The notes under the pieces were generated by a model. The model did no database searches. It had not been told where the DNA came from and was given only the letters and a program-made list of their open reading frames with translations. This document shows positions 27,203 to 37,424 of a stretch of 51,592 nucleotides of DNA, piece after piece (the first letter of the stretch is position 1; every line of letters starts with the position of its first letter). The stretch comes from Candidatus Omnitrophota bacterium (GTDB lineage Bacteria > Omnitrophota > Omnitrophia > Omnitrophales > Aquincolibacteriaceae). Position numbers and translations under genes: made by a program. The DNA lies in the NCBI GenBank assembly GCA_043803685.1, contig JAZDJU010000034.1, positions 1 to 51,592 of the forward strand, written 5' to 3'.

Positions 27203-28893
27203 TCGAGCGAAAGATCATCAAGGCGTGGACGGAAGGGTTCAAACTCTCGGACGAGGAATACGCGCGTTTGGAGCAGGTCGCTCAGAAACGCAATGAAAGC
27301 ATCTTCAAACTCTTGCTGGAAGAAAAGATCCTGACAGAAGAAGAGGTGATGGATTTTTTAAGCGCCCAACTTGAAATCCCCACGCTGAATCTTCACGGAA
27401 TGCAGTTCGGCCAGGAACTCCTCGGGATCATTCCCAGGAAATTCATTGAGCAGCATCACGTGTTTCCGGTGGGCCGCATCGGAAAGCTCCTGACCCTGGC
27501 CACGAGCGATCCTCTCAAGTTGAGGATCCTGGATGATGTCATGCGTTTGACGGGATGCGACGTGAATCTGGTGCTTGTGACGCCCACCAAGATTCTGGCC
27601 GCGATCGCCGATCATTACGCGGAAAGCAAGAATTTTTCAGAATTCATCATGGAAAAGGACGCGGACAGCCTGGAGCTTGTGGACGAGAATGAAAAGGGAC
27701 CGTCCTCGGTCGTGCAGGTCGGGGCGGATGACGCGCCGGTTATCAAGATGGTCAACTTTATTCTTGAGAAGGCCCTCAAATCACGCGCCTCCGACATTCA
27801 TTTTGAACCCTATGAAAAAGAGTTCCGTATCCGTTATCGCATCGACGGCTCTTTGAAAGAATCATTCTCGCACACTCTGGAGCTTTATCCCGCGCTCGTG
27901 GCGCGTACGAAGATCGTTTCGCTTCTGGATATTACCGAAAAGCGTTTGCCTCAGGACGGGCGGTTCCGGTTGTTGCTCAAGGACCGTCAGATCGATTTTC
28001 GCGTTTCCGTGTTGCCGACCTATTATGGAGAGAAAATGGTTTTGCGGGTACTGGACCGGAGCGGGATCCGGTCAGGACTTGATAAGCTCGGCTTTACGGA
28101 AAAACCGACGCGAGCTCTCGCCGAGGCGGTCAAGAGACCTTACGGGATGATCCTCGTGACCGGCCCGACCGGTAGCGGGAAATCGACGACGCTCTACTCG
28201 ATCCTCAATTCTTTGAACACGCCGCAAAAAAATCTGATGACCGTGGAAGATCCCGTGGAGTACCAGGTCGAAGGGATCACTCAAACCCAGGTGCAACCGG
28301 AGATCGGTCTTACTTTCGCGAGCGGGCTGCGCGCGCTTTTGCGGCAAAGTCCAGATATTGTGCTTGTGGGGGAGATCCGCGATTCGGAGACGGCGGATAT
28401 CGCCGTGAAAGCCGCATTGACGGGGCATTTGGTGTTCAGTACGCTCCACACCAACAGCGCGGCGGGGGCCATGACGCGTCTCATGGATATGGGCGTCGAG
28501 CCGTTTTTGATCGCGTCATCGGTCGTGTGTGTCAGCGCCCAGCGTTTATTGAGGAAGATATGCCCGCATTGCAAAGCCCCGGCCGCGATTCCACCGGAAG
28601 TTTTGGTGCGTTGTAATCTTCCTAAGTCAGAACTGGACCGGGTGGCCTCGTTCCGCGGAAAGGGTTGCGTTCAGTGCAATATGACAGGCTATTTGGGAAG
28701 AACGGGTGCGAGCGAGGTGTTTTTGGTGGATCCGGAGATCCGGGAACTCGTGATCCAAAAGAAATCGAGTAATGTTATTCACCGGCTTGCCGTTGAGAAG
28801 GGTATGGAGACGCTCTTCGAGAATGCCCTTCAGCTCTTCAAGTCCGGAGTGACCACGCTCGAGGAAGTGCTTCGCGTTTCTAGCCGGGAGTAA
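27199..28893 (+). CDS. pilB: Type IV pilus assembly ATPase PilB/GspE, copy 2
   Basis: ASDIHFEP, PQDGRF, GPTGSGKST, LRQSPDIVLVGEIRD, GHLVFSTLHTN and CPHC...CVQC. Confidence 0.9.
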   Translation: MIERKIIKAWTEGFKLSDEEYARLEQVAQKRNESIFKLLLEEKILTEEEVMDFLSAQLEIPTLNLHGMQFGQELLGIIPRKFIEQHHVFPVGRIGKLLTLATSDPLKLRILDDVMRLTGCDVNLVLVTPTKILAAIADHYAESKNFSEFIMEKDADSLELVDENEKGPSSVVQVGADDAPVIKMVNFILEKALKSRASDIHFEPYEKEFRIRYRIDGSLKESFSHTLELYPALVARTKIVSLLDITEKRLPQDGRFRLLLKDRQIDFRVSVLPTYYGEKMVLRVLDRSGIRSGLDKLGFTEKPTRALAEAVKRPYGMILVTGPTGSGKSTTLYSILNSLNTPQKNLMTVEDPVEYQVEGITQTQVQPEIGLTFASGLRALLRQSPDIVLVGEIRDSETADIAVKAALTGHLVFSTLHTNSAAGAMTRLMDMGVEPFLIASSVVCVSAQRLLRKICPHCKAPAAIPPEVLVRCNLPKSELDRVASFRGKGCVQCNMTGYLGRTGASEVFLVDPEIRELVIQKKSSNVIHRLAVEKGMETLFENALQLFKSGVTTLEEVLRVSSRE

Positions 28894-28896
28894 ATC

Positions 28897-30135
28897 ATGC
28901 CATCATTTGAATATTGGATCAAAGACAAGACGGGCAAAGATATCAAGGGCTTTCAGGACGCTCAGGACGTTCAGGACCTCGTTCATCAGTTGAAGGCCCA
29001 GGGTTATCTTGTCGTTCGCGTCGAGCAGACCAAAAAGGCTCCCTCCATTCTGAGCGTCCAAAAAGGGACGACTGCCAAGAAGGCTCAGGGGAAATCCGGG
29101 AACGTGAAGCTTGACGATCTCGTTATCTTTTCAAGGCAGATGGCCACGCTTGTCGCGTCGGGGATCCCCTTGATCCAGGCCCTGGACATTCTGGCGACGC
29201 AGGTGGATAAGGCGAAATTCAGGATGATCCTTCAAAAGATGCACGGGGATGTTCAAAGCGGTAAGAGCTTCTCCGAAGCCATGCAATTGCATCAGAAGAT
29301 CTTCTCGCCGCTCTTTATCCACATGGTCCGCGCGGGGGAAAGTAGCGGGAAACTTGAAGAGATCCTGGACCGGGTGGCCCACTATTTTGAAAAGTCGAGC
29401 GCCCTTCAGAAAAAGGTCAAGTCGGCCTTGATGTATCCCGCGGCGGTTTCGACCATGGCTTTCGCCATTACGTTCTTCATGCTTGCTTTTGTGATCCCCC
29501 AATTCGCGACGATCTTTGATGGCCTCGGGGCGAAACTGCCGGCGCCAACCCAGATATTGATCAATGTCAGCAATTTTCTTGCGGTCCATTGGTGGTGGAT
29601 CCTCGCTGTGCTGGGAGGCTTCATTTTTTTGTTCCGAAGGTTCGTTGCGTCTCCGATGGGCCGGCTGTCTTGGGATTCTTTCACGCTGCGCATGCCCATT
29701 TTTGGCCCCATCATTTTGAAGGTTGCGGTCAGCAAGTTCGCGCGCACGCTCTCCACCCTGGTGCGTAGCGGCGTGGCGATCATCGCGGCGTTAGAGATCG
29801 TTTCCAAAACATCGGGGAATGCCCGGATCGAAAAGATCATCACGGACCTTATGGGAGCTGTGAAGCGCGGGGAAAGCATCGCCGGACCTCTTGAAAGAAG
29901 CGATATTTTTCCTTCGATGGTCGTTCGCATGATCGCGATCGGGGAGGAGACCGGAGAGCTTGAGGAAATGCTAACGAAGATCGCGGATTTTTACGATACC
30001 CAGGTGGATTCCGCGATCTCTGGTCTTACGTCGCTGATCGAGCCCGTCATTATAGCCTTCCTGGGGATCGTGATCGGCGGTATTGTCATCGCCCTCTTCC
30101 TGCCCATTTTGACCCTAACCCAAGCGATCAAGTGA
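28897..30135 (+). CDS. pilC: Type IV pilus platform protein PilC (GspF family)
   Basis: FSRQMATLV.SG, AGESSG.L, SALMYP, IGEETGEL and LIEP.II. Confidence 0.92.
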   Translation: MPSFEYWIKDKTGKDIKGFQDAQDVQDLVHQLKAQGYLVVRVEQTKKAPSILSVQKGTTAKKAQGKSGNVKLDDLVIFSRQMATLVASGIPLIQALDILATQVDKAKFRMILQKMHGDVQSGKSFSEAMQLHQKIFSPLFIHMVRAGESSGKLEEILDRVAHYFEKSSALQKKVKSALMYPAAVSTMAFAITFFMLAFVIPQFATIFDGLGAKLPAPTQILINVSNFLAVHWWWILAVLGGFIFLFRRFVASPMGRLSWDSFTLRMPIFGPIILKVAVSKFARTLSTLVRSGVAIIAALEIVSKTSGNARIEKIITDLMGAVKRGESIAGPLERSDIFPSMVVRMIAIGEETGELEEMLTKIADFYDTQVDSAISGLTSLIEPVIIAFLGIVIGGIVIALFLPILTLTQAIK

Positions 30136-30297
30136 CCTCTGGGCCATGCGCTAAAGGCGTCTGGACACTTTTTAAAATTTTTGGATATAACTCTAATAGC
30201 AAAAAAACTAGTTTAGTTATCCATCTTGTTGCCGTATTATTTAGAGTAGTTTAGACTAGCATTAGGCAGTGGCAAACATAGAAACAGGAGGAATAAC

Positions 30298-30777
30298 ATG
30301 TTTATCAAATTAAATAGGAAGGGCTTTACGCTCGTTGAGATTATGATCGTCGTTGCGATCATTGGGCTCTTGGCGGCTATCGCCATCCCGAATCTTCTCC
30401 GGGCACGTATCAATGCGAATGAAGGCGCTGTGAAGTCGGATCTGAGAACATTCAGCGGAGCCAACGAAAGTTATCGCGCTGCGCAGAACCCTCCGACTTA
30501 TGCGGCTGATATTGCTACGTTGACCACGCCCCCGGCAACGGGTCCCGCGTATCTCGATGATTCGTGGGTTGAAGCGGGTGTGAAGCACGGTTTTACGATC
30601 ACCTACCTCGTAGCGGCGGCACCTGCCAGCACGTATTCGTTGCTCGCGACGCCTACGGCTGCTGCGGAGAACACCTATTGCATTGACCAGGCCGGTGTTG
30701 TTTATGGTCCGACGGCGGGTGTAGCGCCGACGGCCGCGGATACTGGTTGCGCGGGTGGTACGGCTATTGGTGGTTAG
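30298..30777 (+). CDS. pilA: Type IV major pilin
   Basis: Prepilin cleavage motif KG|FTLVEIMIVVAIIGLLAAIAIP and a C-terminal Cys pair. Own RBS (CAGGAGG) and terminator. Confidence 0.88.
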   Translation: MFIKLNRKGFTLVEIMIVVAIIGLLAAIAIPNLLRARINANEGAVKSDLRTFSGANESYRAAQNPPTYAADIATLTTPPATGPAYLDDSWVEAGVKHGFTITYLVAAAPASTYSLLATPTAAAENTYCIDQAGVVYGPTAGVAPTAADTGCAGGTAIGG

Positions 30778-30807
30778 TTCGTAAGAAATACGAAAGTGTG
30801 TTTTTTG

Positions 30808-30845
30808 ACCCGCCCTGCCGGAAGAAGGCAGGGCGGGTTTTTTTT
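30808..30845 (+). terminator. Rho-independent terminator after pilin
   Basis: ACCCGCCCTGCC-ggaagaa-GGCAGGGCGGGT followed by a T-run. Confidence 0.9.
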
Positions 30846-31006
30846 CGCCGTCCTGATTTTAAATTCAGTAAGATCGATGTGAATTGAGGACTGCGCTTGT
30901 CTTGATTTTTTTGGAATGGCGACAAGTGCTGCCCCAATTTCAAGTTCTTGAAATTGAAAAGAATTGGGACTGTTTTTCTTAAGGATTTTCTGATAATCTC
31001 TCTGCC

Positions 31007-32104
31007 ATGACTGATAGCCCTATAAAACCGTTTTCATTAATTCAGCATATTTCCGGCTCCCTGGAGGGGGTTGTCTCGGCGGTGATGCCGAAGAAGGCGT
31101 CCGCTGACAGGGTTACCGTGTGCGATCTCGGGCGTACGCGCACGGTGTTGCTCGATCTCGAGAAACGTGCGGACCATCTTTTTATCCATCACATCGATAT
31201 CATCAAGAACGCTTCCCAGGACCAGAAGCCTTCCCTTACTTTGAAGCCCTTTTTGGACGGAAAAAAATTCCGGAGGGACGGAGTTCGCGTGGCTCTCAAA
31301 GGACATGGCGTGGTGATCCGGTTCATTCCTTTTCCCAAGATGAAGCATGAAGATCTTCGCAGCGCCATGCAATACGAAGCCGAGCAGTACATTCCTTTCG
31401 AAATGAATGACGTCGTACTCGACTGCGCTGTGGTGGAAGATGCGCTCAGGACCGAGGAAGGCGTGAAGATGGAAGTGATGCTGGTCGTCATCAAACGACA
31501 GGAGCTCGAACCGACACTAGAGGTCTTTCGTAATCTTGAATGCCGGTTGTCGGTCGTGGATGTCGATATCCTTTCAGCGATGGCTGCGTTGGAATACTTT
31601 CATCCTGATGATTTTGGGCGGCACAGCGCTCTTCTGGATCTTGGCACTGAGATCTCGACCCTCGGGATCATTCGCGACGGAAAACCCCGTTTTGTCCGGG
31701 ATATTTCTTACGGGGCGTTCGATCTTTATAAGCGGTTCAAGACCCGCTCAAATCTCGGGGACGATAAGATCGAGAAACTTTTCGAGAAAAATGAAACGCC
31801 GACCCCCGAGGAGGCCCAGGCGATCACGGAAAGTCTTGAGGGATTGATCCGTGATCTTCGCGTTTCTTTTGATTATTATCACGACCAGTCGGGGCAGTCG
31901 AAATCGGTCAGCAAGCTTTTCTTAAGTGGCGTGGTGTCGCATCCCGTCGTTTTGAAAGCCTTAAGCGAGGGATTGCAGGTTCCCGTGGCGACGATGGATG
32001 TTCTTTCGAAGATCCAATCAGATCCCGGTGTGGATGCCGCCCTGCTCAAAGAGAACCAGGCATTACTCCCAGTGGCGCTCGGGTTGGGGCTTCGCGAAGT
32101 ATGA
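31007..32104 (+). CDS. pilM: Type IV pilus assembly protein PilM
   Basis: Actin-like fold: EAEQYIPF...DVVLD, VVDVD..., LLDLG, SFDYY and C-terminal VALGLGLR. Confidence 0.88.
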   Translation: MTDSPIKPFSLIQHISGSLEGVVSAVMPKKASADRVTVCDLGRTRTVLLDLEKRADHLFIHHIDIIKNASQDQKPSLTLKPFLDGKKFRRDGVRVALKGHGVVIRFIPFPKMKHEDLRSAMQYEAEQYIPFEMNDVVLDCAVVEDALRTEEGVKMEVMLVVIKRQELEPTLEVFRNLECRLSVVDVDILSAMAALEYFHPDDFGRHSALLDLGTEISTLGIIRDGKPRFVRDISYGAFDLYKRFKTRSNLGDDKIEKLFEKNETPTPEEAQAITESLEGLIRDLRVSFDYYHDQSGQSKSVSKLFLSGVVSHPVVLKALSEGLQVPVATMDVLSKIQSDPGVDAALLKENQALLPVALGLGLREV

Positions 32105-32688
32105 TCAAGATCAATCTTTTACCCCAGGAGCTCCGGAAGAACACCGCGAACGCGACGCGCATCCCTTATATCCCGCTAGCCCTCTTGGCCGTCGTACTTT
32201 TTCTTTTGATGACCTTGTTCTTTTATGGGGATTATCTCAGGGCTCGCTCGACTTACAAAGAGGTGCATAAGGAATGGATGAGGTTGAACCCTCTTATGGC
32301 ACAGCTCAAGACGTTGGAGCAGCAGGTGACCGTTGAGATGAAGGGCGAGAAGGATTTTCTGGAAAAGAATGTGCTCAATACAGAGGCGATGACCCACATC
32401 ATGTTGTGGGCGAGCGCTTTTCTGCCTCCTCGGGGGTGGCTGATGGAAATGAAAGCCGATCGTGAAGGGGAGGGGTGCCGGTTGACCTTGAGAGGTGTCG
32501 TGCTGGCTTCGCACACCCAAACAGGCATCGAGCAGATCGAGGAATATTTTCAAAAGTTGAAGACCAAGCTACCTCCCGAAACCGTGGTCGCGCTCACTAC
32601 TTCCAAGGAAATCCAGGGCTCCGGAAAAAAAGTGGAAGGGACTGCGTTCTCCGCCCAGCTTGAATGGAGGGTGCCGCGCAAACCATGA
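32101..32688 (+). CDS. pilN: PilN-like protein
   Basis: MIKINLLP motif, TM helix and coiled coil; follows pilM. Confidence 0.8.
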   Translation: MIKINLLPQELRKNTANATRIPYIPLALLAVVLFLLMTLFFYGDYLRARSTYKEVHKEWMRLNPLMAQLKTLEQQVTVEMKGEKDFLEKNVLNTEAMTHIMLWASAFLPPRGWLMEMKADREGEGCRLTLRGVVLASHTQTGIEQIEEYFQKLKTKLPPETVVALTTSKEIQGSGKKVEGTAFSAQLEWRVPRKP

Positions 32689-33341
32689 AGCCGATCAAAG
32701 CTTTGCCCATGGCCAATGTCGTCGCCTTTCTGCGGAGTTTCGACAAGCAGACCTGGTTGATCATCGTTCTGGGAACGGGGATCTTCCTCCTGAGCCTGTT
32801 CTTTTTAGCCATTCCGGCGTGGATCGAGCGTCCCGCGCTTCGTCGCGATATTCAAAGTATGAGCGGGCAGATCCGACAGGTCAACGAGTTGAACAAAAAC
32901 CGCGCCCGGTGGGAAGAAGACCGGAAGATGTTCAGCGCGCTCATTGAGACGACCCGGGCGCGTGTTTTTTCCAAAGAAGATATGGAACTGCTTCTCGGGC
33001 TTGTTTCGAAAATGGCGAGCGAGGCGCGTGTGGATGTGCTGGCCTCCAAGCCTCTGACCGAGAAAGCGGTTTTTGGCGCGCCCTATCACTTGCAATACCA
33101 GCCGAACGGTTATGAGTTCTCGGTCCAGGGCGGCTATCATCATCTGGGAGATTTTTTGAGCCGCATCGAAGCACACGATAAGCTTCTGAGGGTCCGTAGT
33201 CTCGAGATCATTCCCGCGGAAAAAACGCCGGACCGGCATATCGCGAATCTGACGCTTTGGGCGATCATCAAGGCTCCGCCTCCGCCCCCGCCGCCGGCGA
33301 AAAAGGCTCCGAAAGGAAAAAATGTTCCAAAGAAAAAATAG
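32685..33341 (+). CDS. pilO: PilO-like protein
   Basis: TM + coiled coil + GGYHHLGDFL..IE motif; operon position. Confidence 0.8.
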   Translation: MKPIKALPMANVVAFLRSFDKQTWLIIVLGTGIFLLSLFFLAIPAWIERPALRRDIQSMSGQIRQVNELNKNRARWEEDRKMFSALIETTRARVFSKEDMELLLGLVSKMASEARVDVLASKPLTEKAVFGAPYHLQYQPNGYEFSVQGGYHHLGDFLSRIEAHDKLLRVRSLEIIPAEKTPDRHIANLTLWAIIKAPPPPPPPAKKAPKGKNVPKKK

Positions 33342-33690
33342 AACGGTCACGCCATGGTTTTTCGGCATCTTGGCCGCCACAGCCATTCTGACGTCGAATG
33401 CGTTCGCCGAAACAGAGATCCGTTACGATTCCGGCGGCCGGAGGGATCCTTTTGTTCCGCTTTCCGGGGAGAGTAATACGATCGTGACTCCGTCTTCTTC
33501 CGGCGTCAAACTGGAGGGGATCATTTACGATCCGGGGGGGCGCTCCATGGCGATCCTGAACGGGAAGACCTATCAGAAGGGCGAAGTCGTGGGGGATGCG
33601 ACCGTGGTTAAGATTCTGAAGGATCATGTCGTAATCACGGTAGAGAAGGAAGAAAGAACTTTACGCCTAAGGGAAGAAGAAAAAGCATAA
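33322..33690 (+). CDS. pilP: PilP-like protein
   Basis: RRDPFVPL, LEGIIYD....AILNG....GE; lies between pilO and the secretin. Confidence 0.7.
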   Translation: MFQRKNRTVTPWFFGILAATAILTSNAFAETEIRYDSGGRRDPFVPLSGESNTIVTPSSSGVKLEGIIYDPGGRSMAILNGKTYQKGEVVGDATVVKILKDHVVITVEKEERTLRLREEEKA

Positions 33691-33729
33691 ATATTATGAT
33701 CTGTGATACAATGCGCACCCGTGGACTTC

Positions 33730-35346
33730 ATGAAACGACCATCTCATAAACATCTTTTTTGGGCAGGATTTTTTTGCCTATTCGCCGTGACCGGCGTTGT
33801 GTCAGCCGCCGATCCCGTTCCGGTCCCGGCAACGGAGGCTGCGGCCGCGCCGGAAGCAGCACCCGCCGCGCAGGTTCCCGCCGTTCCCGAAGTCTCTGGG
33901 GTTCCCGAGGTCGCTAAGCCGGAGGACACGATCAGTCTTGATTTCAAGGACGCAGAGATCGGAAGCGTGCTCCGGGTCCTTAGCCTGAAAAGTAACGTCA
34001 ATATCGTGACGGGTCCGGAAGTGAAGGGCCTTGTGACCGTGCGGCTGGACAATGTTCCCTGGGAAAAGGCCCTCGATGTGATTTTGAGGACCTACAATTA
34101 CGTCTATGAACGGGATGGGAATATCATTCGCATTACGACACGCGATCAGATGAAACTGGAGCCTGTCGAGACAAAAACTTTTATTTTGAATTATTCCAAG
34201 GCCAAAGAGATCCAGGCTTCGATCATGGATATGCTGAGCGAACGGGGGAAGGTGAAATCCTCCGAGCGCACGAATATGCTGGTCGTCACCGATATTCCGA
34301 CCAATCTCTACCGCATCGGGGAAGTGATCAAAAAACTCGACAAAGTGACCAACCAGGCTTTCATCGATTCCAAGATCGTGAGAACCCAAATGGGGACAGC
34401 TGAAAACCTGGGCATCGACTGGAATGTTGTGGGGGGGCTTACGCAGGGAGCTGCGCGACCGACGACTTTTCCATTTTCGGCAGTTCGTGATCAGGGATCG
34501 GCCTTTGGCGTAAAAGAATTTTTCCCCATTCAATCCGGTACGGCGCTTGCGCCAGCTTCTGCGGTGAATGCGTCGGATCCTCGTTCGTTTCCTAATACGG
34601 CAACAGGGACAGGTTTTACTTACGGGACGCTGAGTTTTACGGATTTTTCAGCGGTGCTGAATCTTTTGGAAGCACGGACTAATTCGAAGATCGTTTCCAA
34701 TCCCAGGATCGTGGTGCTCAATAATCAAAAGGCCAGTATCCAGGTGGGATCGGATTATCCCATCCCCAATTTTGAAAGGAATGAAACGACCGGCAGTATG
34801 GAAGTGTCGGGTTATAATTACCGGCAGTTGGGTATTGTTTTAAATGTCACGCCGCACATTAATTCAGCCGAGGAGATCCTGGTGGATCTTAAGCCGGAGA
34901 TCAGCAGCGCGGGAGCCATGATCGAGTTTATCCCCGGCGCTGGGGGTCTGAGCGCGCCTTCTTTCAACGTGACGAAGGCGACGACCCAGGTGTTGATCCA
35001 CAGCGGGCAGACGATCGCGATCGGCGGATTGATGTCGGACAACACGGGTTCTTCGGAAAACAAGGTCCCTTATTTGGGCGATATCCCGCTCGTCGGGAAA
35101 TTGTTCCGCTCCAAGCGCCAGACGGCTGGAGATGAAAATTCCAAGATCGAAACGCTCTTTTTTGTAACAGTTACTACGGTGGATTCGCAGGGACAGCCTG
35201 CGGGTGCCAAAGTTGACGGGAAGAATCACCAGTCACAAGATGATCAGGCCCAGAAAAAACCGGCTGCAACGGATGCCGCTTTGGGCGTGAAAGATTCTGA
35301 GAAGGTCGTTCCTTCGGAAAACGCGAACAAAGACAAACCGGCCTAA
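33730..35346 (+). CDS. pilQ: Secretin PilQ/GspD family
   Basis: Signal peptide, ISLDFKDA, V.L.NVPW..ALD.IL, SNPRIVVLNNQKA.I.VG, L.VTPHI and KVPYLGDIPLVG.LF. Confidence 0.9.
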   Translation: MKRPSHKHLFWAGFFCLFAVTGVVSAADPVPVPATEAAAAPEAAPAAQVPAVPEVSGVPEVAKPEDTISLDFKDAEIGSVLRVLSLKSNVNIVTGPEVKGLVTVRLDNVPWEKALDVILRTYNYVYERDGNIIRITTRDQMKLEPVETKTFILNYSKAKEIQASIMDMLSERGKVKSSERTNMLVVTDIPTNLYRIGEVIKKLDKVTNQAFIDSKIVRTQMGTAENLGIDWNVVGGLTQGAARPTTFPFSAVRDQGSAFGVKEFFPIQSGTALAPASAVNASDPRSFPNTATGTGFTYGTLSFTDFSAVLNLLEARTNSKIVSNPRIVVLNNQKASIQVGSDYPIPNFERNETTGSMEVSGYNYRQLGIVLNVTPHINSAEEILVDLKPEISSAGAMIEFIPGAGGLSAPSFNVTKATTQVLIHSGQTIAIGGLMSDNTGSSENKVPYLGDIPLVGKLFRSKRQTAGDENSKIETLFFVTVTTVDSQGQPAGAKVDGKNHQSQDDQAQKKPAATDAALGVKDSEKVVPSENANKDKPA

Positions 35347-35547
35347 GTTCAGGTCTGTTTTCGGGTTCTTTGGGGAAGGCTCTCGACAGGCCTTAAGGTT
35401 CGTTCAAGCTCCGCCTCGGAATCAGTTGACGTTTTTTCTTTCCCGCAAGACTTGTACCCGCCCAGACGCTCTTCGATCCCACTCTAAACAATGACCATCC
35501 AGTCCGTCTCTTTGGCGGCAATGGTTTCAAGAGAGGAAACGCAGTTT

Positions 35548-37338
35548 ATGGAAAGACAGATCTTAATTTCACAGGACGCGAATGAAAAACAGGTTGCTAT
35601 TCTCGAGGACGGCCGGCTCGAAGAGTTCTATATCGAGCGAGGGGATTCGAAGAAGCTTTTCGGGAATATCTATGAAGGGATCGTCAAGACCGTGATCCCG
35701 GGGATCGATGCCGCTTTCGTGGACATCGGGACCGGGAAAGATGGGTTTCTGTACGTCGGCGACGCGCTCCGTTCGCCGCTCGATCTCGATGCGGAATTTG
35801 ACGAGGGCGAAGAAAAGAAAACAGAAGGAGTGGCCGCCGAAGTAAAGCCTCCCGCGGGTGTTGTGATCGAGGGGAATCTTCAGGCGCCCGGACAACCTCT
35901 TGTTGAGGCACAACCGCATGAGTCGACTCCCGCCCCGGCGCAAGGGCCCGTTCAACCGCCGGTACAACCTCAGGGACAACAGGGACGAAGCCAGGGGCAA
36001 GGCCGTGGCCAAGGACGGCATGGGGGGCGGAATCGTGGACGTGGAGGCAATCAGCAGGGAGGGCGCCAGGGCGGCCGGAATCAGGCACCGTCACAGCATC
36101 AATCCCATCATCAGCCGCACCAGCGCCGTCCGAGGATCGAAGAAGTCCTGAAAGTCGGTCAAAAGGTCATCGTCCAGGTCGTGAAAGAACCGCTGGGCAA
36201 CAAAGGGCCGCGCCTTACGACGCAGTTCTCGATCCCGGCGCGTTATCTTGTCATGATGCCCGGCGAATCGAAGATCGGTATTTCGCGGCGCGTGGAAAGC
36301 CGCTCGGAACGCGAGCGCATCCGCGGTATTTTCCGGAGTTTGGAGATCCCGAAAGGTGTCGGGTTCATCGTCCGTACGAACGCCGAAGGGAAGAGCGACG
36401 CCGATTTTACGCGGGATATTCGCTATCTCATACGGCTTTGGAAAAAGATCCACGGAATGATCTCGGCCAAGAAAGCTCCGGTCATGATCCATCAGGAGCT
36501 CGGACTTGTGGAACGCGTGGTTCGTGATTACGTGAACGAAGAGACGACGAAGATCGTGGTGGACCATCCCGAGATCTTCAAGAAGCTCAAACGTTTCACG
36601 TCGGTTTACATGCCGGGGCAGGACCTGAATATCGAGTTCGCGAAGGAAAAGGGAAGTCTTTTTGAGCGTCACGGGATCGAAAAAGAGATCGAGCGAACAT
36701 TTCAAAAGAATGTTTATCTCAAGTCGGGCGGTTATGTCGTGATCGAGCAGACCGAAGGGCTTGTGGCGATCGACGTGAACACCGGAAAATTCACCGGCAA
36801 CAACAAGGGGCTTGAAGAGACGGTGTATAAGAACAACGTCGAGGCCGCGCAGGAGATCGCGCGCCAGCTCCGGCTCCGCGATATTGGCGGGATCGTCGTG
36901 ATCGACTTCATCGATATGGAGCAGGGACAGCATCGCCGCAGTCTCTTCAATATCTTTAAAGAAGCGGTGAGCAAGGACCGCGCTAAGACCCATCTGGTGC
37001 AGGTCTCGGAGCTTGGATTGATCCAGATGACGCGGCAGAGGATGCGCCCGTCACTTGAGAGTGCGGTTTACGACACCTGTCCGTACTGCGAGGGCAAGGG
37101 AAACATCAAATCGACCGCCACGATGTCGATCCAGGTCATCCGGGAACTCCGCAAGTCCCTGAAGGATTCCAGGAACCGGATCGTGAACGCGTATGTGCAT
37201 CCCGACGTCGCGGAACGCCTGCTCCAGCAGGAGAAAAAGGCACTCCAGTATCTCGAGAAAAGCACGGGAAGCCGCATCGCGGTCTATTCCGAGCCCACCG
37301 CGCATCGCGAAGATATCAACATTACGTTCATTAAATAG
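35548..37338 (+). CDS. Rne/Rng family endoribonuclease (RNase E/G) with an insertion in the S1 domain
   Basis: GNIYEG.V..V.PGIDAAFVDIG, VQVVKEP.G.KGPRLT, IDVNTG, LRLRDIGGIVVIDFIDM and Zn-link CPYCEG. ATG 35548 follows GAGAGG. Confidence 0.92.
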   Translation: MERQILISQDANEKQVAILEDGRLEEFYIERGDSKKLFGNIYEGIVKTVIPGIDAAFVDIGTGKDGFLYVGDALRSPLDLDAEFDEGEEKKTEGVAAEVKPPAGVVIEGNLQAPGQPLVEAQPHESTPAPAQGPVQPPVQPQGQQGRSQGQGRGQGRHGGRNRGRGGNQQGGRQGGRNQAPSQHQSHHQPHQRRPRIEEVLKVGQKVIVQVVKEPLGNKGPRLTTQFSIPARYLVMMPGESKIGISRRVESRSERERIRGIFRSLEIPKGVGFIVRTNAEGKSDADFTRDIRYLIRLWKKIHGMISAKKAPVMIHQELGLVERVVRDYVNEETTKIVVDHPEIFKKLKRFTSVYMPGQDLNIEFAKEKGSLFERHGIEKEIERTFQKNVYLKSGGYVVIEQTEGLVAIDVNTGKFTGNNKGLEETVYKNNVEAAQEIARQLRLRDIGGIVVIDFIDMEQGQHRRSLFNIFKEAVSKDRAKTHLVQVSELGLIQMTRQRMRPSLESAVYDTCPYCEGKGNIKSTATMSIQVIRELRKSLKDSRNRIVNAYVHPDVAERLLQQEKKALQYLEKSTGSRIAVYSEPTAHREDINITFIK

Positions 37339-37343
37339 AGCCG

Positions 37344-37405
37344 CAGACCTGAGACGGCAGACGCGTTCGATCGTCTGCTGTCTTATGTCTGTTGTCTCAG
37401 GTCTG
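37344..37405. repeat. Heptamer-periodic inverted repeat (intergenic)
   Basis: CAGACCT GAGACGG CAGACGC ... TCGTCTG CTGTCTT ATGTCTG TTGTCTC AGGTCTG. The ends form a perfect 12-bp inverted pair, CAGACCTGAGAC/GTCTCAGGTCTG. Confidence 0.75.
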
Positions 37406-37424
37406 TTTTGGGTATAATCCGCTC

